Source: an uncultured candidatus Porisulfidus sp.
GTDB taxonomy: Bacteria > Pseudomonadota > Gammaproteobacteria > Poriferisulfidales > Oxydemutatoraceae
Reading direction: 5' to 3'
Assembly: GCA_965215125.1 (NCBI GenBank)
Contig: OZ244052.1
Coordinates: 1,184,001 to 1,248,000, forward strand
DNA length: 64,000 bases
The notes beneath the pieces are model-generated. The model was not told the origin of the DNA, searched no databases, and saw only the letters and a program-made list of their open reading frames with translations. Position 1 is the first letter of the stretch; every line of letters begins with the position of its first letter. Made by a program: the position numbers and the translations under genes. This document shows positions 61,811-64,000 of the stretch, in pieces.

Positions 61811-63024
61811 TGGCGCGCTTTAGAAGTTGGCTCGGATCTCGTCAGCCTTTGTTCGAAAAAGGCGGGCGACTTAATAAATACTATCCGATTTACGAAATGG
61901 TCGATACTTTCTTGTATTGGACCAAGGAAACAACGCAATGTGCGCCGCACATACGCGACGGCATCGATATCAAGCGAGTGATGAGCTATGTCGTGTTGGC
62001 AACATTACCTTGCGTAGTAATGTCTTGGTTTAATACCGGCTATCAAGCGAACCTCGCATTGCTTGAACTCAATCAGCAGGCGTTATCGGGGTGGCGAGGT
62101 GCGCTGACGACACAATTCGGTATCCCCTACGACCCGAACAATGTTTTGGCTTGCTTGTGGCTGGGATTTTTGCATTTTCTGCCGGTGTATCTAGTGACGA
62201 TAATCGCCGGCGGATTATGGGAAGTATTGTTTGCCACGGTACGCAAGCACGAGGTCAATGAAGGATTTTTGGTGACCTCGATGCTTTATACATTAACCTT
62301 GCCGCCGGATATTCCCTTGTGGATGGTAGCCTTGGGTATCTCTTTCGGTGTGGTGATAGGTAAAGAAGTTTTCGGCGGTACCGGCAAAAACTTTCTCAAC
62401 CCGGCATTGACCGGGCGCGCCTTCCTTTATTTTGCCTATCCGGCTTTTATGTCGGGCGATGAAGTGTGGGTAGCGGTAGACGGTTATAGTTATGCAACGC
62501 CTCTGGGTATTGCCGCAACCGCCGGCTTGGAAGGTGCCATCGCACAAGGATATACTTGGTGGCAAGCCTTTTTAGGTTTGTTGCCGGGATCACTCGGCGA
62601 GACCTCGACATTGGCTTGTTTGCTGGGCGGAATTTTTTTGGTCTATACAAGGATTGCGTCATGGCGTATTATATTAGGTGTATTTTTCGGCATGATGCTG
62701 ACCTCGCTATTGTTTAATTGGATAGGAAGTACCACGAATCCGATGTTTTCTATGCCGTGGCATTGGCATTTGGTGTTGGGGGGGTTTGCATTCGGTATGA
62801 TATACATGGCAACCGACCCGGTGTCTGCTGCAGGCACCGAAGCCGGCCGCTGGATTTTTGGTTTATTAATTGGTTTTATGGTAGTGCTCATACGCGTAAT
62901 CAACCCTGCTTTCCCGGAAGGCATGATGCTGGCGATTTTGTTCGCTAACATTTTTGCACCTACGATAGACTATTGTGTGGTCCGCATACACACCCACCGA
63001 AGGCTGAGACGTTATGCACAATGA
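61810..63024 (+). CDS. nqrB: Na+-NQR subunit B
   Basis: HEVNEGF, GGTGKNFLNPAL, SYATPL, MATDPVS. Confidence 0.96.
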   Translation: MARFRSWLGSRQPLFEKGGRLNKYYPIYEMVDTFLYWTKETTQCAPHIRDGIDIKRVMSYVVLATLPCVVMSWFNTGYQANLALLELNQQALSGWRGALTTQFGIPYDPNNVLACLWLGFLHFLPVYLVTIIAGGLWEVLFATVRKHEVNEGFLVTSMLYTLTLPPDIPLWMVALGISFGVVIGKEVFGGTGKNFLNPALTGRAFLYFAYPAFMSGDEVWVAVDGYSYATPLGIAATAGLEGAIAQGYTWWQAFLGLLPGSLGETSTLACLLGGIFLVYTRIASWRIILGVFFGMMLTSLLFNWIGSTTNPMFSMPWHWHLVLGGFAFGMIYMATDPVSAAGTEAGRWIFGLLIGFMVVLIRVINPAFPEGMMLAILFANIFAPTIDYCVVRIHTHRRLRRYAQ

Positions 63025-63817
63025 TACTTTGACAAAAACGCTGATGGTTACAATCGGCTTATGTTTGCTATGCTCGTTGGTTGTTTCCACCGCAGCGGTT
63101 GTTTTATCACCGTTGCAGGAGAAAAATAAAAAAAATGCGCTCAATGTTAGTGTTCTGCAAGTTGCCGGCATCTACCGCCCCGATATTCCCGTTGAAGAGC
63201 AGTTCGCAAAGGTGCGGGCGAAGGTAATAGATCTTAGCGAAGGTGTCTATGTAGATACTCCCGAGCCCGACAATTTTGATATGGTCTCGGCAGCGCGCAA
63301 CCCCGACTTCGGTACACCGTTATCCAAAGCCGACGATATCGCCGGAATAAGCTACCTGCCCCGCTATGCCAAAATTTACTTGATATCTTCCGAGGGCGAA
63401 CCGGATAAAATAGTGTTACCTATTTATGGTTATGGTCTGTGGTCTGTGTTGTACGGTTTTATCACACTGGAAGCCGATGCCAACACGGTTTATGCCTTAC
63501 AATTTTATCAACACGGTGAAACACCCGGGTTGGGTGGCCGTGTCGACGACCCTAAATGGCGGGCATTGTGGCAAGGTAAAAAAGTCTACGCAACAGACTC
63601 AGAACCCCGGTTATCCGTAGTCAAGGGTCAAGTGAATGATCGCGACCCCCTTTCCTCTTATAAGGTAGACGGATTATCGGGTGCCACTTTGACCGGATTA
63701 GGCGTCGATCACATGATAGACTTTTGGTTCGGACAAATGGGTTATAGAAAATTTTTAGAGAAACAGTTTTATGGAATGGCAACAAGGCAAAAAGGTTCTG
63801 TTAGATCCGCTGGTTGA
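63014..63817 (+). CDS. nqrC: Na+-NQR subunit C
   Basis: [24 protein letters not shown] site. Confidence 0.95.
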   Translation: MHNDTLTKTLMVTIGLCLLCSLVVSTAAVVLSPLQEKNKKNALNVSVLQVAGIYRPDIPVEEQFAKVRAKVIDLSEGVYVDTPEPDNFDMVSAARNPDFGTPLSKADDIAGISYLPRYAKIYLISSEGEPDKIVLPIYGYGLWSVLYGFITLEADANTVYALQFYQHGETPGLGGRVDDPKWRALWQGKKVYATDSEPRLSVVKGQVNDRDPLSSYKVDGLSGATLTGLGVDHMIDFWFGQMGYRKFLEKQFYGMATRQKGSVRSAG

Positions 63818-64000
63818 TAACAACCCGATTACTTTACAAATACTCGGTATTTGTTCGGCGTTGGCGGTAACCACAACCCTGGCGGCATCGCTGATTATGT
63901 GTTTGGCATTGACCTCGGTATTGGCATTATCCAATAGTTCGATCAGCATGATCCGAAACCACATACCGACCAATGTACGCATCATCATACAAATGACGAT
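63771..64000 (+). CDS. nqrD: Na+-NQR subunit D, 3'-truncated by window edge
   Basis: [34 protein letters not shown]...IP..VRII.QM. Confidence 0.92.
   Translation, partial: MEWQQGKKVLLDPLVDNNPITLQILGICSALAVTTTLAASLIMCLALTSVLALSNSSISMIRNHIPTNVRIIIQMT

Overview
A 64-kb piece of a gammaproteobacterial chromosome. Na+-NQR and soxYZ suggest a marine, possibly sulfur-oxidising organism. A SopB/IpgD-like phosphatase, a long LRR protein, a sulfotransferase and tandem O-fucosyltransferase-like genes suggest an animal host (inference). The housekeeping backbone includes wrbA, glnA, rplM-rpsI-rplU-rpmA-obgE-proB, rpsT, engB, trxB, aat, aroC, parAB, rsmG, mnmG, rpoH, rpsU, tRNA-Gly, alr, dnaB, rplI-rpsR-rpsF, hemJ, rppH, lysA, soxYZ and nqrABCD. 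Five accessory parts stand out. (1) A SopB-like gene diverges from four mosaic O-FucT-like domains (2.2-9.9 kb). (2) An integrase-free defence hotspot behind engB (20-33.6 kb) is built from modules each bounded by a duplicate of the upstream gene's 3' end. A 158-bp engB repeat brackets an unknown 1238-aa protein with a duplicated N-terminal domain plus a type III R-M system; hipBA follows; then a ~268-bp hipA-end repeat brackets an Rpn nuclease with a likely internal antitoxin start. (3) A bufferin-type DUF2282/DUF692/DUF2063 RiPP cluster. (4) A recently expanded LRR gene. (5) A family of nested intergenic palindromic repeats, including a 173-bp MITE with 19-bp TIRs and a 6-bp TSD that appears to target a fixed site in another repeat. 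All family assignments come from motif recognition by eye; no searches were run.
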